A stretch of 64,000 nucleotides of DNA from Patescibacteria group bacterium (GCA_041649575.1 JBAZMW010000002.1:148487-212486); one strand, 5' to 3'; counted from the stretch's first letter, positions 1 through 10,015 are shown. Program-made: numbers and translations. Notes: generated by a model not told the origin, from the letters alone.

Positions 1-876
1 GGCCTACTCTTTGTGGCCAGTTTGGTTAGTCTTTTCCTTTGGGGCCTAAGACCCGGTTTGGATTTTACCGGCGGCAGTCTCATGGAGCTGTCTTTTGCCA
101 CCAGTCGCCCCGGTTCTCAAGAAGTCTCCGCCGCGCTGGTGCCGTTGAATCTAGGGGATTTGATAGTTCAGCAGGCCGGGGAAAAAGAAATAATGTTGCG
201 TTTTAAGGCCGTTGACGAAGCGACGCATCAGGGTATTTTACAAACTATTAGCGATAAATTTGCCGCTGATTCTCCGGAACAAATCAAAGAATTGCAGTTT
301 GAATCCATTGGTCCGGTTATCGGTAAAGAGTTGCAGCAAAAAGCCTGGTGGCAGATATTTTTGGTTTCTTTGGGCATTATTATTTACATCGCTTTTGCTT
401 TTCGAAAGGTTTCCAAACCGCTGGCCTCCTGGAAATATGGCGTCTCGGCCATTATCGCCTTGCTTCACGACATTGTTATTGTTGCCGGCTTTTTCTCGGT
501 CTTGGGGCATTTCTTTAATGTAGAAATCGACGCCTTGTTTATTACGGCTCTTTTAACCATCATGGGTTTTTCCGTTCATGACACCATTGTGGTTTTTGAC
601 CGTACCAGAGAAAATATCACCCGTCATCATGGCGGCACTTTTGCCGAAGTGGTTAATGATAGCGTCAACCAGACCATTGTTCGCTCCGTCAACACTTCTC
701 TAACGGTGCTATTGGTGTTGTTGTCGCTTTATATTTTGGGAGGCGCGACTATCAAAAACTTTGTTTTGGCTCTGCTTTTTGGCATTGCCATTGGCACTTA
801 TTCCTCTATCTTTGTCGCCAGTCCGGTAATTGTTGACTGGAATAATTTTGGCAAGAAAACAAAATCAGCCAGATAA
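1..876 (+). CDS. secF: Protein-export membrane protein SecF, 5' partial
   Basis: Open frame from the window edge. TM-rich C-terminal half with VFDRTRENI...LYILGG matches the SecF C-terminus (E. coli VFDRIRENF...LYLFGG). Confidence 0.75.
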   Translation, partial: GLLFVASLVSLFLWGLRPGLDFTGGSLMELSFATSRPGSQEVSAALVPLNLGDLIVQQAGEKEIMLRFKAVDEATHQGILQTISDKFAADSPEQIKELQFESIGPVIGKELQQKAWWQIFLVSLGIIIYIAFAFRKVSKPLASWKYGVSAIIALLHDIVIVAGFFSVLGHFFNVEIDALFITALLTIMGFSVHDTIVVFDRTRENITRHHGGTFAEVVNDSVNQTIVRSVNTSLTVLLVLLSLYILGGATIKNFVLALLFGIAIGTYSSIFVASPVIVDWNNFGKKTKSAR

Positions 877-1023
877 TTATTAATCATTTTAGTCAAGCAA
901 GCTCTAAAAAAATAGAGTTTGTTTTTTTATTGACAAAAATATTTATTTTTGATATAATAAAGTAAATAATAAAAAGTTTATTATTTTTTAGCTAGATTTA
1001 GCTGAAATATTTATATTTTTAAT

Positions 1024-2181
1024 ATGTCTATTTTAGATCAAGTTAGAAAAAATCAATTTCAGGACAATTTAGCCGGTTTTAATCCCGTGTCCACTCTTAA
1101 TACTTTATTTTCCAGTCTAAGCGACAAAGAAAGAGATGTTGTTAGGCGGCGTTTTGGCTTGGGTACGGATCGCAAATATACCTTGGAAGAAATCGGCAAA
1201 CAATACGGCATTACTCGGGAAAGAGTGCGCCAGATAGAGAGTTTAAGCATCAAAAAATTAAAAGAACTTCAAGAATTGAAAGAAGAAATCGAAAAAGCCG
1301 AAAAAGTTGTGGTTCAGCTGTTGGAGCAGTATGGCGGCGTTATGGAACAAGATTTCTTTTTGGAAAAAGTCCTTAATTATTTAGAGGCCCAAGAAAATAT
1401 CGAGAATGTCTTGTTGTTTTTGGCCGAACACATTTTTTCCGACAATGTCTCCAAGGTCCGCCAGGACAAGGAATTCAATAATTTATGGAGAACCGATAGC
1501 GCCGATGTCACCTCGCTGAAGGATATTGTTAATGAGATGGTCCGAGTGATCAGTCAAAACAATCAGCCCGTTCAGCTGCAGAACTTGCTTAACAGTTTCA
1601 AAGACTCCGAATTCTATCAAAAAAACAAAGATAAAATTCTTTCTCGGGCGGTTTTTTTGGAAGCCACCGAAGAGGACGTGGATAAAATTTTAGAGAGTTA
1701 TCTGCGCGCTAGCCGCAAAATCAAATCCAATTTGTTTGACGAGTGGGGCTTGGTCTCTTGGGGCACTGTTCAACCCAAGAAGATCAATGATAAAATATAT
1801 ATGGCCCTAAAGAAAGCCGGCAAGCCTTTGCATTTCACCGAGATTGCCAATTTAATCAACGAAACCAAGTTCGACGATAAAATCGCTTATCCGCCCACCG
1901 TTCATAATGAATTGATTTTGGATGACAAATATGTTTTGGTCGGCCGCGGTATTTACGCTCTGAAAGAATGGGGCTATAATCCCGGCAATGTGGCCGATGT
2001 TTTAGAGGAAGTGTTAAAGGAAAATGGTCCTTTAACCCGCGACGAAGTTATCGAAAAAGTTTTGGCCAAGCGCCAAGTCAAGAAATCAACCGTCTATTTG
2101 TCGCTGATGAACAACAGCCAGATCAAGAAAAACGAGCAGGGCAAATACTATTTACTGGACGATACTGCCAAAAGTTTATAA
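1024..2181 (+). CDS. Sigma-70 region-4 HTH domain protein with a C-terminal region of unknown function
   Basis: RRRFGLGTD..YTLEEIGKQYGITRERVRQIE is a classic sigma-70 r4 / HTH_Sigma70 motif. The remaining ~300 aa has no recognisable domain. Confidence 0.6.
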   Translation: MSILDQVRKNQFQDNLAGFNPVSTLNTLFSSLSDKERDVVRRRFGLGTDRKYTLEEIGKQYGITRERVRQIESLSIKKLKELQELKEEIEKAEKVVVQLLEQYGGVMEQDFFLEKVLNYLEAQENIENVLLFLAEHIFSDNVSKVRQDKEFNNLWRTDSADVTSLKDIVNEMVRVISQNNQPVQLQNLLNSFKDSEFYQKNKDKILSRAVFLEATEEDVDKILESYLRASRKIKSNLFDEWGLVSWGTVQPKKINDKIYMALKKAGKPLHFTEIANLINETKFDDKIAYPPTVHNELILDDKYVLVGRGIYALKEWGYNPGNVADVLEEVLKENGPLTRDEVIEKVLAKRQVKKSTVYLSLMNNSQIKKNEQGKYYLLDDTAKSL

Positions 2182-2256
2182 ACTTTAATTGTCAGCTAAA
2201 GTTAGCGTTTCAGACGCTAATCTAAGATAGTCTAAAACTCAGGAAGGTGACAAGGT

Positions 2257-3804
2257 ATGGGAATTGAACTTAATTTTGATTTGGCTTCAGTTTGGGAAAG
2301 TTTCGTAATTTTTGCTTCCCAGGATCCAATTACCATTGGCATTCAACTGTTTCTTAAAGGTGGTTGGGTGATTTTTTTAATTGTAATACTGACTGTTTTT
2401 TACGATGCGTGGCTAGATGCCCGCCAAGGCCAGTATGCCGGCAAGTGGCAGCATGTTCTCTTGGCTATCGATATTCCCAAAAACAATGAACAAACACCTA
2501 AGGCGGTAGAAAATCTTTTTGTCGCTTTGGCCGGTACGCAATCCAGCGGCAATTTGATTGATCGTTATTGGCATGGCAAAATACAAGAAAGTTTTTCCTT
2601 CGAAATCGTCAGTCTCGAAGGCTATATCCAATTTTTGGTGCGCACTCCCGTTCATTTCAGGGATCTGGTGGAGGCCGCTGTTTATGCCCAGTATCCGGAA
2701 GCGGAAATCACCGAAGTCGAGGATTACGCCAAGGATTATGCCGGATTGCGTTTTCCCAATGAGCAATATAATTTGTGGGGCACCGAATTGGTTCTGACCA
2801 AGGATTACCCCTATCCCATCAAAACTTATATTGATTTTGAACACACTTTGACCGGCAATTTTTTGGATCCCATGGCGGGGTTATTGGAGATTTTGAGCCG
2901 CTTCGGTCCCGGCGAGCAGCTCTGGCTGCAGCTGGTGGTGACGCCGTGGAAGCCGGACTGGGGCGAAAAAGCCAAAAAAGCCATCAAGACTCTTAAAGGA
3001 GAAAATTATGCTCCGCCGACCACCATAGCCGACAGGATAGCCAAACCAATCGAGTGGTTGGGCACTCAGGCCTTAAATGTCGCTAATGAATTTGCCGGCG
3101 GCGGGGGAGAGGGAGCCAGCAAAAAAGAGGAAGATCAGTGGAAAATGTTCAAACTTACTCCTGGAGAAAGACTGGTTTTTGAAAAAATTCAGCATAAATT
3201 GTCCAAAATTCCTTTCCGGGTGAAATTTCGCATGATTTATTTGGCCAAAAAAGATGTTTTTGCCAAAGGCCGGGGCGTAGCGGCTGTGATTGGCAATATT
3301 CAGCAGTTTAATGTCTCCGACGCCAATGGCTTCAAACCCGGCCCGAAAACCAAGACGGCGGTCGATTATTTTCGCGTTAAGAAAAGATTGGCGGAAAGGC
3401 AAAAAAGGATTTTGCGTCGTTTTATTGGCCGCAGTAATTTTTATGGCGAACCGGTCAGTAATATGTTTTTGAGTACCGAGGAATTAGCCACCCTTTGGCA
3501 TTTCCCGGTGATGACCGTTAAGGCGCCCAGGCTGGAAATGATTGGCTCCAGGCGAGCCGTTCCGCCCACTCGTTTGCCCTACAAAAGTCGTGGTTTTACC
3601 GTTGAAAAAGAGAGAGTTAGAACTTTGGCGGAAAGAGACGGCAGGATTGAAGAAAAAATTGAAGGTTCACTGGAATCTCATCCCCGGTCGCCAAAGTTAC
3701 CAGCGGTAGCGCCGCTGGTTCGGCCGGCCAATTTAACGGACAAATCGACCGAACCGCCGCCGCGAAGAAATCCCGAACCGCCGGCCAACTTACCCACTGT
3801 TTAA
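2257..3804 (+). CDS. Hypothetical membrane protein, N-terminal TM helix, probable partner of the downstream ATPase
   Basis: 515-aa ORF with a hydrophobic N-terminus (ITIGIQLFLKGGWVIFLIVILTVF). Ends 13 nt before the next ORF, so probably an operon. Confidence 0.45.
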   Translation: MGIELNFDLASVWESFVIFASQDPITIGIQLFLKGGWVIFLIVILTVFYDAWLDARQGQYAGKWQHVLLAIDIPKNNEQTPKAVENLFVALAGTQSSGNLIDRYWHGKIQESFSFEIVSLEGYIQFLVRTPVHFRDLVEAAVYAQYPEAEITEVEDYAKDYAGLRFPNEQYNLWGTELVLTKDYPYPIKTYIDFEHTLTGNFLDPMAGLLEILSRFGPGEQLWLQLVVTPWKPDWGEKAKKAIKTLKGENYAPPTTIADRIAKPIEWLGTQALNVANEFAGGGGEGASKKEEDQWKMFKLTPGERLVFEKIQHKLSKIPFRVKFRMIYLAKKDVFAKGRGVAAVIGNIQQFNVSDANGFKPGPKTKTAVDYFRVKKRLAERQKRILRRFIGRSNFYGEPVSNMFLSTEELATLWHFPVMTVKAPRLEMIGSRRAVPPTRLPYKSRGFTVEKERVRTLAERDGRIEEKIEGSLESHPRSPKLPAVAPLVRPANLTDKSTEPPPRRNPEPPANLPTV

Positions 3805-3816
3805 ATTTTCTAAAAA

Positions 3817-5418
3817 ATGACAGAAGAAAGCGTCGAACAAAAAAAAGAAATAACCATTTTTGCCGAAACCAATTTCCGCAACCAGCGGCGCAGTTTTGGT
3901 ATTAAGCGCGATGATCGCCGGCGCCATATGTATATTATCGGTAAGACCGGCATGGGCAAAACCACGCTTTTGGAAAACATGATTATTTCCGATATCATCA
4001 ACGGCGAAGGTTGTTGCTATATTGATCCTCATGGCGATACCGCCGAAAAAATTCTAAATTATATTCCTTCCCACCGGGTTAACGACGTGGTCTATTTCAA
4101 CCCGTCCGATACGGATTTTCCCATCGCTTTCAATATTCTGGAGGCGGTTGACGAAAAAAGCAAGCACTTGATCGCTTCCGGCTTGGTCGGAGTTTTCAAG
4201 AAGCAATTCGCCGACAGCTGGGGCCCGCGTTTGGAATATATTTTAAGAAATGCTATTTTAGCTCTTTTGGATTATCCCGGTAGTACGCTTTTGGGTATCA
4301 TGAGGATTTTGGTTGACGCCGATTATCGCGACAAGGTGATTGAGAAAGTCACTGATCCGGTGGTCAGGTCTTTTTGGACCAATGAATACACCAAATGGAA
4401 CGACCGGGTTTTGCAAGAGGTCATTTCGCCGATTCAAAACAAAGTGGGCCAATTTTTATCTAATTTTTTAATTCGCAACATCGTCGGTCAGGTCAAATCG
4501 ACCATTGATATGCGCGAGATCATCGACAACAAAAAAATAATGATAATGAACTTGTCCAAGGGCCGTATCGGCGAAGACACCATGCAGCTTTTGGGATCGA
4601 TGATTGTCACTAAATTGTATTTAGCGGCCATGAGCCGCGTTGATGTTCCCGAGCAGCAGCGCCAAGATTTTTATCTTTACGTTGATGAGTTCCAAAATTT
4701 TGCTACCGACAGTTTTGCCGATATTTTGTCAGAAGCCAGAAAATATCGCCTGAACCTGGTTATTGCCCACCAGTACATCGAGCAACTGCCGGAGCTGGTG
4801 ACTGCCGCGGTTTTTGGCAACGTGGGCACGCTGATCAGTTTCCGGGTGGGCGCTTCCGATGCCGAGAGCTTGGTGCGGGAATTCACTCCTACCTTTACTG
4901 AAGAAGACCTGGTTAACCTGCCTTCTTTTAATGTCTATCTGAAATTAATGATTGACGGCATTTCTTCCGATCCGTTCTCCGCCACCACTTTACCACCACT
5001 TTTCGACGAAATGATCACCGACAGCAGTGAAAAGGTCATTAAAGTTTCTCGCGAACGTTATGCCCATGGTCGTAAGGTAATAGAAGACAAAATTAACCGC
5101 TGGAGTGGCATTGATCTAAGTGAAAAGTTGGCCGAAGCCACCGTGGGCAAGGGAGTGCCGGTTGTCATTTCCGCTTCCGGCGACGGCGCGAAGAAGAAGA
5201 AAAAAAAGAAGAAAAAGAGCCAGGCCACCGCTGGCAATAATTTTTCCGTGGCCTGCGCTTCCTGCGGCACGCCGGTCAAGCTGAACTTTCAGCCCGATGG
5301 CAAGCGCCCGATTTTTTGCGAGAATTGCCTTAATCAAATGGCCAAAGAAGAAGTCAAGTCCGACGAGGACGATGGCTACCAGAGTTTGGAAGATTTAAAA
5401 AAGATTCTGGGCCGATAA
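3817..5418 (+). CDS. TraD/TraG/VirD4-family (T4SS coupling-protein-like) P-loop ATPase with poly-Lys tract and C-terminal Cys4 zinc ribbon
   Basis: Walker A GKTGMGKTT and Walker B LYVDEFQNF. Overall TraD/VirD4 architecture. C-terminus has K9 followed by CASCG..x17..CENC. Confidence 0.55.
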   Translation: MTEESVEQKKEITIFAETNFRNQRRSFGIKRDDRRRHMYIIGKTGMGKTTLLENMIISDIINGEGCCYIDPHGDTAEKILNYIPSHRVNDVVYFNPSDTDFPIAFNILEAVDEKSKHLIASGLVGVFKKQFADSWGPRLEYILRNAILALLDYPGSTLLGIMRILVDADYRDKVIEKVTDPVVRSFWTNEYTKWNDRVLQEVISPIQNKVGQFLSNFLIRNIVGQVKSTIDMREIIDNKKIMIMNLSKGRIGEDTMQLLGSMIVTKLYLAAMSRVDVPEQQRQDFYLYVDEFQNFATDSFADILSEARKYRLNLVIAHQYIEQLPELVTAAVFGNVGTLISFRVGASDAESLVREFTPTFTEEDLVNLPSFNVYLKLMIDGISSDPFSATTLPPLFDEMITDSSEKVIKVSRERYAHGRKVIEDKINRWSGIDLSEKLAEATVGKGVPVVISASGDGAKKKKKKKKKSQATAGNNFSVACASCGTPVKLNFQPDGKRPIFCENCLNQMAKEEVKSDEDDGYQSLEDLKKILGR

Positions 5419-5486
5419 AGCTATAAGCTAAGAGAGCGGCGCAGGAGCCGCTTTTATTTATCTTTAAAATGTGTTAAATTTTTCAT

Positions 5487-6035
5487 ATGTGGTCTGTTGT
5501 TTGGCAAGCTTTTTATTTGGCCTGGCCGGCTTATTTGGCCAATATGGCGCCGGTTATTTTCAAAAATTTTGGTTGGTTAAAATTTTTGGATCGGCCGATA
5601 GATGGCGGCAAAAAATTCGGCGGTGATTATCTTTTTGGACGGCACAAGACTTGGCGCGGGCTCCTGGCCGCTATCGTCGGCGGAGCTTTGGCCAGCTTTT
5701 TTCAGCTGATTCTTTATCGTTATCAGTTTTTCAGTTCTTTTTCTCTTTTTGACTACAACCAGCAGTGGCTGCTGGTCGGTTTACTTGGTGGTCTGGGCGC
5801 TATCCTGGGTGATTTGGCAAAAAGTTTTTTCAAACGTCGCCTGAAGATCGCCTCGGGCCGGTCTTGGCCGGTTTTTGACCAGTTGGATTTTATTTTTGGT
5901 TTTTTTGTTTTTGTTTATCTAACAGTCAGGCCGCCACTATTAGTGGTTGTCGTTGTTTTTCTAATCACCCTTATTCTTCATCCTTTGACTAATGTTTTTG
6001 CTTATCTTTTGAGATTTAAAAAAGTTTGGTGGTAA
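5487..6035 (+). CDS. CDP-archaeol synthase-like (DUF46/CarS family) membrane protein
   Basis: N-terminus AYLANMAPVIFKN..GGKKFGGDYLFG.HKTWRG is typical of the CarS family. Polytopic and small. Confidence 0.55.
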   Translation: MWSVVWQAFYLAWPAYLANMAPVIFKNFGWLKFLDRPIDGGKKFGGDYLFGRHKTWRGLLAAIVGGALASFFQLILYRYQFFSSFSLFDYNQQWLLVGLLGGLGAILGDLAKSFFKRRLKIASGRSWPVFDQLDFIFGFFVFVYLTVRPPLLVVVVVFLITLILHPLTNVFAYLLRFKKVWW

Positions 6036-6934
6036 TCAAGATGAAAAAAGCGTTAATTATTTTTAACCCCACCGCCGGCCTGGTTAGCAGACAGGATGTC
6101 CGCGGGCTGGTGGAAAAAAAATTGAAAGAGCTGGGCTTCGACTGGGAATTGTTTTTGCTTAACTCGGAGTTTGAAAAAAATATCTCCAGCTTTGATTTTT
6201 CCGGGCTCAAGTTGGTGGTGGCGGTGGGCGGTGACGGCACGATCAAGGTGGCGGCCCGCACCATTTTAAAAAACAAACTGACTTGCCCGTTGGCGGTCGT
6301 GCCTTTTGGTTCGGCCAATGTGATAGCTTCCACCCTGGCCATCCCCATTAGTATTAAAGAAGCTTTAAAGCTTTTAGACAAACCTAGTACCAAAAAAATC
6401 GACGTCGGCCTGATTAATGGCAACCGTTATTTTTTGGTCGGTTTTTCCTTGGGCTATATCTCCGACATCGTTATTAATACCGGCAAAGGACTGAAAAATC
6501 GTTTTGGTATGCTGGGCTATTTTTGGCGATTATTTTTTAATAAAATCAGAATCTCCCGGCTTAAATTCAAAATCCAAACCCGCAACAGGACTTTCTGGCT
6601 CAAGGGCAATAGCCTGATAATTTTTAACGCTTTCAATTATTTTGGTTTCCGGCCCAAAAGGCCTATCAGCATCAGCGACGGCATTTTTAATCTCTACGTC
6701 ATTACTAATAAGACTTTTTTTTCTTTGATCCGGGCTGGATTTTATATCCTGCTCTACCACCAGCCGCCGCGTTATGTTTTTACTTTGGATAATAATTTCT
6801 TTAGAATAACTCTGCGCCGTCAACACTTTCTCAAAACCGCTCAAATCGACGGCGATCATCTCAATTTGCCGCGGGAAATAATCATCGAGGTATTGCCCCG
6901 GGCGCTAGAAATGGTGGTAAAAAATAATGGCTAA
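6026..6934 (+). CDS. Lipid kinase of the DAGK_cat family (YegS/BmrU-like)
   Basis: VAVGGDGTI diacylglycerol-kinase catalytic motif. Overlaps the upstream CarS-like gene by 10 nt. Confidence 0.55.
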   Translation: MVVIKMKKALIIFNPTAGLVSRQDVRGLVEKKLKELGFDWELFLLNSEFEKNISSFDFSGLKLVVAVGGDGTIKVAARTILKNKLTCPLAVVPFGSANVIASTLAIPISIKEALKLLDKPSTKKIDVGLINGNRYFLVGFSLGYISDIVINTGKGLKNRFGMLGYFWRLFFNKIRISRLKFKIQTRNRTFWLKGNSLIIFNAFNYFGFRPKRPISISDGIFNLYVITNKTFFSLIRAGFYILLYHQPPRYVFTLDNNFFRITLRRQHFLKTAQIDGDHLNLPREIIIEVLPRALEMVVKNNG

Positions 6935-8045
6935 AGAAAAAGTGGTAGTAGCGATGAGTGGTGGCGTTGATTCCTCCGTCGCTGCGGCCTTACTCAAAAA
7001 ACAAGACTATGAAGTGGTTGGAGTTTTTATGCAGTTTTGGTTTCCCTTGTCTCGCCAGGGACAAGCGGAGGCGGGCTCGTTTACTAAAAATAAAACCATT
7101 CAGTCAAGTATAAATACCAAGGTTTACGAAGAAAACCGCTGTTGTAGTTTGAGGTCTTGGAACGAAGCGCAACAAGTGGCGCGAATTCTGGATTTTCCTG
7201 TTCGCAAGGTAAATTTCGGACGGCAATTCAAAAAACTGATTGTTGATGAATTTTTGCGTGAGTACAGACTGGGTCGCACTCCCAACCCTTGTGTCGCTTG
7301 CAATAAATTTATCAAATTTGATTTGTTGTTGAAATATGCGAGAACTGTTTTTGGTGCGGATTATTTGGCTACCGGGCACTATGCTAGCTTGGTGTCATTC
7401 AAATTAGGACGGCCCAAAGACAGACAAAAAGACCAGACTTATTTTTTGTATAATTTAAAACAAGCACAATTAAAGCACCTGCTTTTTCCGCTTGGTAATT
7501 ATACTAAAAATGAGGTCAGAAAATTGGCTAAGAAGTTTAAGCTGCCGGTTTTTGATAAGCCGGACAGCCAGGAAATCTGTTTTGTGGGGCAGTCACATTA
7601 TGATTTTTTGAAGAAATATTTGCGCTTACAGCCGGGTAAAATCATTAGCAACCAAGGAAAAATATTGAGAACGCATCAGGGTCTGCCCTTGTATACCCTG
7701 GGCCAAAGGAGCGGCTTGGGGCTTTCGGGCGGACCGTGGTATGTGGCTGAAATGGATTATAAAAAAAATCGGCTGGTTGTCACCAAAAAAGAAAAGCAGT
7801 CAGCAATCTTTCGAAAAGAATTAGTCGCCCAAAAAGTTAATTGGCTTTTTGGCGAACCAAAATTTCCTCTCATATGCCAGGCGCAAATTCGTTATCATGC
7901 CCGGTCGGCCAGTTGTCTGGTGAAAAAGCAGGACCAAAAGATTGTTGTTGAATTCAGGCAAAAGCAGCGGGCGATAATGCCCGGCCAATCTGTGGTTTTT
8001 TATCAAGGTGATGAGCTGTTGGGCGGGGGAGTGATAGTGGGTTAG
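6927..8045 (+). CDS. mnmA: tRNA-specific 2-thiouridylase MnmA
   Basis: VVAMSGGVDSSVAA PP-loop, RTPNPCVACN, GADYLATGHYA and DQTYFLY motifs. Carries a ~24-aa insertion after the PP-loop. Confidence 0.85.
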   Translation: MAKEKVVVAMSGGVDSSVAAALLKKQDYEVVGVFMQFWFPLSRQGQAEAGSFTKNKTIQSSINTKVYEENRCCSLRSWNEAQQVARILDFPVRKVNFGRQFKKLIVDEFLREYRLGRTPNPCVACNKFIKFDLLLKYARTVFGADYLATGHYASLVSFKLGRPKDRQKDQTYFLYNLKQAQLKHLLFPLGNYTKNEVRKLAKKFKLPVFDKPDSQEICFVGQSHYDFLKKYLRLQPGKIISNQGKILRTHQGLPLYTLGQRSGLGLSGGPWYVAEMDYKKNRLVVTKKEKQSAIFRKELVAQKVNWLFGEPKFPLICQAQIRYHARSASCLVKKQDQKIVVEFRQKQRAIMPGQSVVFYQGDELLGGGVIVG

Positions 8046-8173
8046 TACAGAAGGAGTCAGGTTAATAATAAAAAAAGAAGACAAAGATCGGGCAGAAGAG
8101 GTTTTAGAAATTGGTAATAAGTAAATTATTAATAATAAACAAAGATTTAACGTTTGACATAATTTTGAAAGCA

Positions 8174-8205
8174 TAATAAGATAATATATCTTTCTCCAGA
8201 GAGAA
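8174..8205 (+). promoter_or_regulatory. Sigma-70-like promoter (TTGACA..N17..TAAGATAAT) for high-GC cassette A
   Basis: TTGACA at 8174 and a TAAGATAAT -10 region. The same TAAGATAAT motif recurs at 9196-9231. Confidence 0.4.
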
Positions 8206-8284
8206 TGATTCATAGTCCACTTGTGGTGGAAGATGATTGCACAAAAGACAAGGGAACAGGAACCCAAGAAGGAGGCTGTACGTC

Positions 8285-9106
8285 ATGATTAAAAGAACCG
8301 TCGTGGGGCGACTTTTCCGTGATTCTGGCGCATTCGGCCAGTTGACGCCGCCGCCCGGTCTGGAGGGAACCATTGGTGATCCCGATTGGGATTTCTTCTC
8401 GAAGCTGCCGCCGCGTTTTGATTTTCTGGAACTCTGCGATCGGGTCGGCCACGCTTTTGAGATGTCCGAGTCACCCATCTCGCCCTCCGACTGGGAGGAC
8501 CAGTTCGAAAGTCAGAAGGAGCGGCTGCTCGCTCTGTCCGGCTGCTCTGATGGCCATGGCATCGTGCTTTTGCCCGGCCTATTGCCAGTGGCTCCCGGTG
8601 ATTGTATCAGGAAGAGCCTTTTCAATGTCTACATCCCGGCGGTAGAACGCGGCTACGGGGCGATCTATCCCAAGAGGGCTTTTGAGGATTGGTGTGATGG
8701 TCGGGCGGACAGTGTCGCGGCTTTTCCCGGAGTGGGCCACGAGCATCTAATCCACCTCGCCAGTAAAGGCTTGGTCGCCGTCTTCGTCTACATCGCCCAT
8801 TGTATGCGGGCGTGGCCCGTCTCGACCCAGCGCCGACTGCCACGGAAGTTGTTCAAATCGAATTTCTCCTTGGCCGGCGGCTGTGACACGCTTTCCGTCC
8901 TGTCTCTGCACCCTGATATTCTCGCCGCTGGTTTCTGTAGCCCGACGATCGAGCTCAGTGCCTTGCAGACAGATTCGCCGCGCCTCTCGATCTGCGTGGT
9001 GCCAGAAGACAAACGCCTCAGACTCGACATCTGGGGTAATCCCGACGATTTCGCGCCTGAAGCTTCAGGAGGGCTTTCGTTCTGGAAGGAGCAACCTGTC
9101 TTCTAG
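8285..9106 (+). CDS. Hypothetical protein, high-GC, no recognised domain
   Basis: AAGGAGG sits 10 nt upstream of ATG 8285. GC is far above the flanks. The 273-aa product has no motif I recognise. Confidence 0.5.
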   Translation: MIKRTVVGRLFRDSGAFGQLTPPPGLEGTIGDPDWDFFSKLPPRFDFLELCDRVGHAFEMSESPISPSDWEDQFESQKERLLALSGCSDGHGIVLLPGLLPVAPGDCIRKSLFNVYIPAVERGYGAIYPKRAFEDWCDGRADSVAAFPGVGHEHLIHLASKGLVAVFVYIAHCMRAWPVSTQRRLPRKLFKSNFSLAGGCDTLSVLSLHPDILAAGFCSPTIELSALQTDSPRLSICVVPEDKRLRLDIWGNPDDFAPEASGGLSFWKEQPVF

Positions 9107-9277
9107 CTGGCGCGCCTTAGCCGGCTGCCGGAGTTCTCTAATTGGGGCTAGTGATCATACCAATCACCGGCCTCTGTTTTTTGTTTTAAGCGTAGTTGAC
9201 ATTGATAATGAAAACCCTTAAGATAATCTTTCGATCTTTCAAGTTAAACTAGTAAGGCAACCATGGAGGGAGCTGCC

Positions 9278-10015
9278 ATGTTTCTGGTATTATTTTCCAT
9301 TCTGGTCTACCCAGTGGCCTTTGTCACCTTCGTCGTTTGCGCCTCAATCTACCTGGCGTTTGTCTTTGTCTTCAAGTCGCTGGGCTGGGAGCTGCAGTAC
9401 CTGGGGCCGTTGGTTCGGTTTCTGGCTCGCGTGATTCTCTTGAGTTGTGGCCAATGGCTCAAGGTTGGGGGCAACTGGCCCTCTCCGACTATCGGGCCTT
9501 GCATCTTTCTCTTCAACCACAGCTCTATCCTGGATGCTCTGGTGGCTGGCGCGGTGCTAAAAGGACGGTTCACTGGCGTGGCTGCCCAGGAGTATTTCTT
9601 TTGGCCGCTGTGGGGAACCATTATGCGCTGGCACAATATCATTCCCATCAAGCGCAAGTGCCACGACGAGGCCATAGAGAGCATGCGGCGGGCGGAAGAG
9701 GCGATAAAAAACGGCTGGTCAATAGGCGGCTTTCCCGAGGGCACCAGAAGCAAGACAGGAGAGTTGCAGCCGTTCAAAAAGGGCCTTTTCTATGTGGCCA
9801 AGGCCACGGGCGCGCCGATCGTGGTGATAGCCATCAAGGGGGCGTACCGTGCCAAGAGTCGCGTCGGTTGGTGTGTTCGGCCGGGAGTGATAACGGCCAC
9901 TATCGGCAAACCCTGGACCCTGTGGTCTAACGGAAAGCAACGGTATGCGGCCTTGTCGGTGGAAGAGTTAAGGCAACTGGCCGAAGGGCTCATGGCAACC
10001 ATGCTCGAAAGTTGA
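9278..10015 (+). CDS. 1-acyl-sn-glycerol-3-phosphate acyltransferase-like (PlsC/LPLAT family), high-GC
   Basis: NHSSILD (HX4D) and FPEGTRS acyltransferase motifs. Has its own TTGACA..TAAGATAAT promoter at 9196-9231 and a GGAGGG SD before ATG 9278. Confidence 0.7.
   Translation: MFLVLFSILVYPVAFVTFVVCASIYLAFVFVFKSLGWELQYLGPLVRFLARVILLSCGQWLKVGGNWPSPTIGPCIFLFNHSSILDALVAGAVLKGRFTGVAAQEYFFWPLWGTIMRWHNIIPIKRKCHDEAIESMRRAEEAIKNGWSIGGFPEGTRSKTGELQPFKKGLFYVAKATGAPIVVIAIKGAYRAKSRVGWCVRPGVITATIGKPWTLWSNGKQRYAALSVEELRQLAEGLMATMLES

Noticed and set aside
9337-9930. Long alternative-frame and antisense ORFs (9337..9930+, 9349..9777-, 8622..8843- and others) in the 8.2-10 kb region
   Set aside because: These are typical spurious open frames in high-GC DNA. 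The PlsC-motif frame and the SD-supported frame were chosen.
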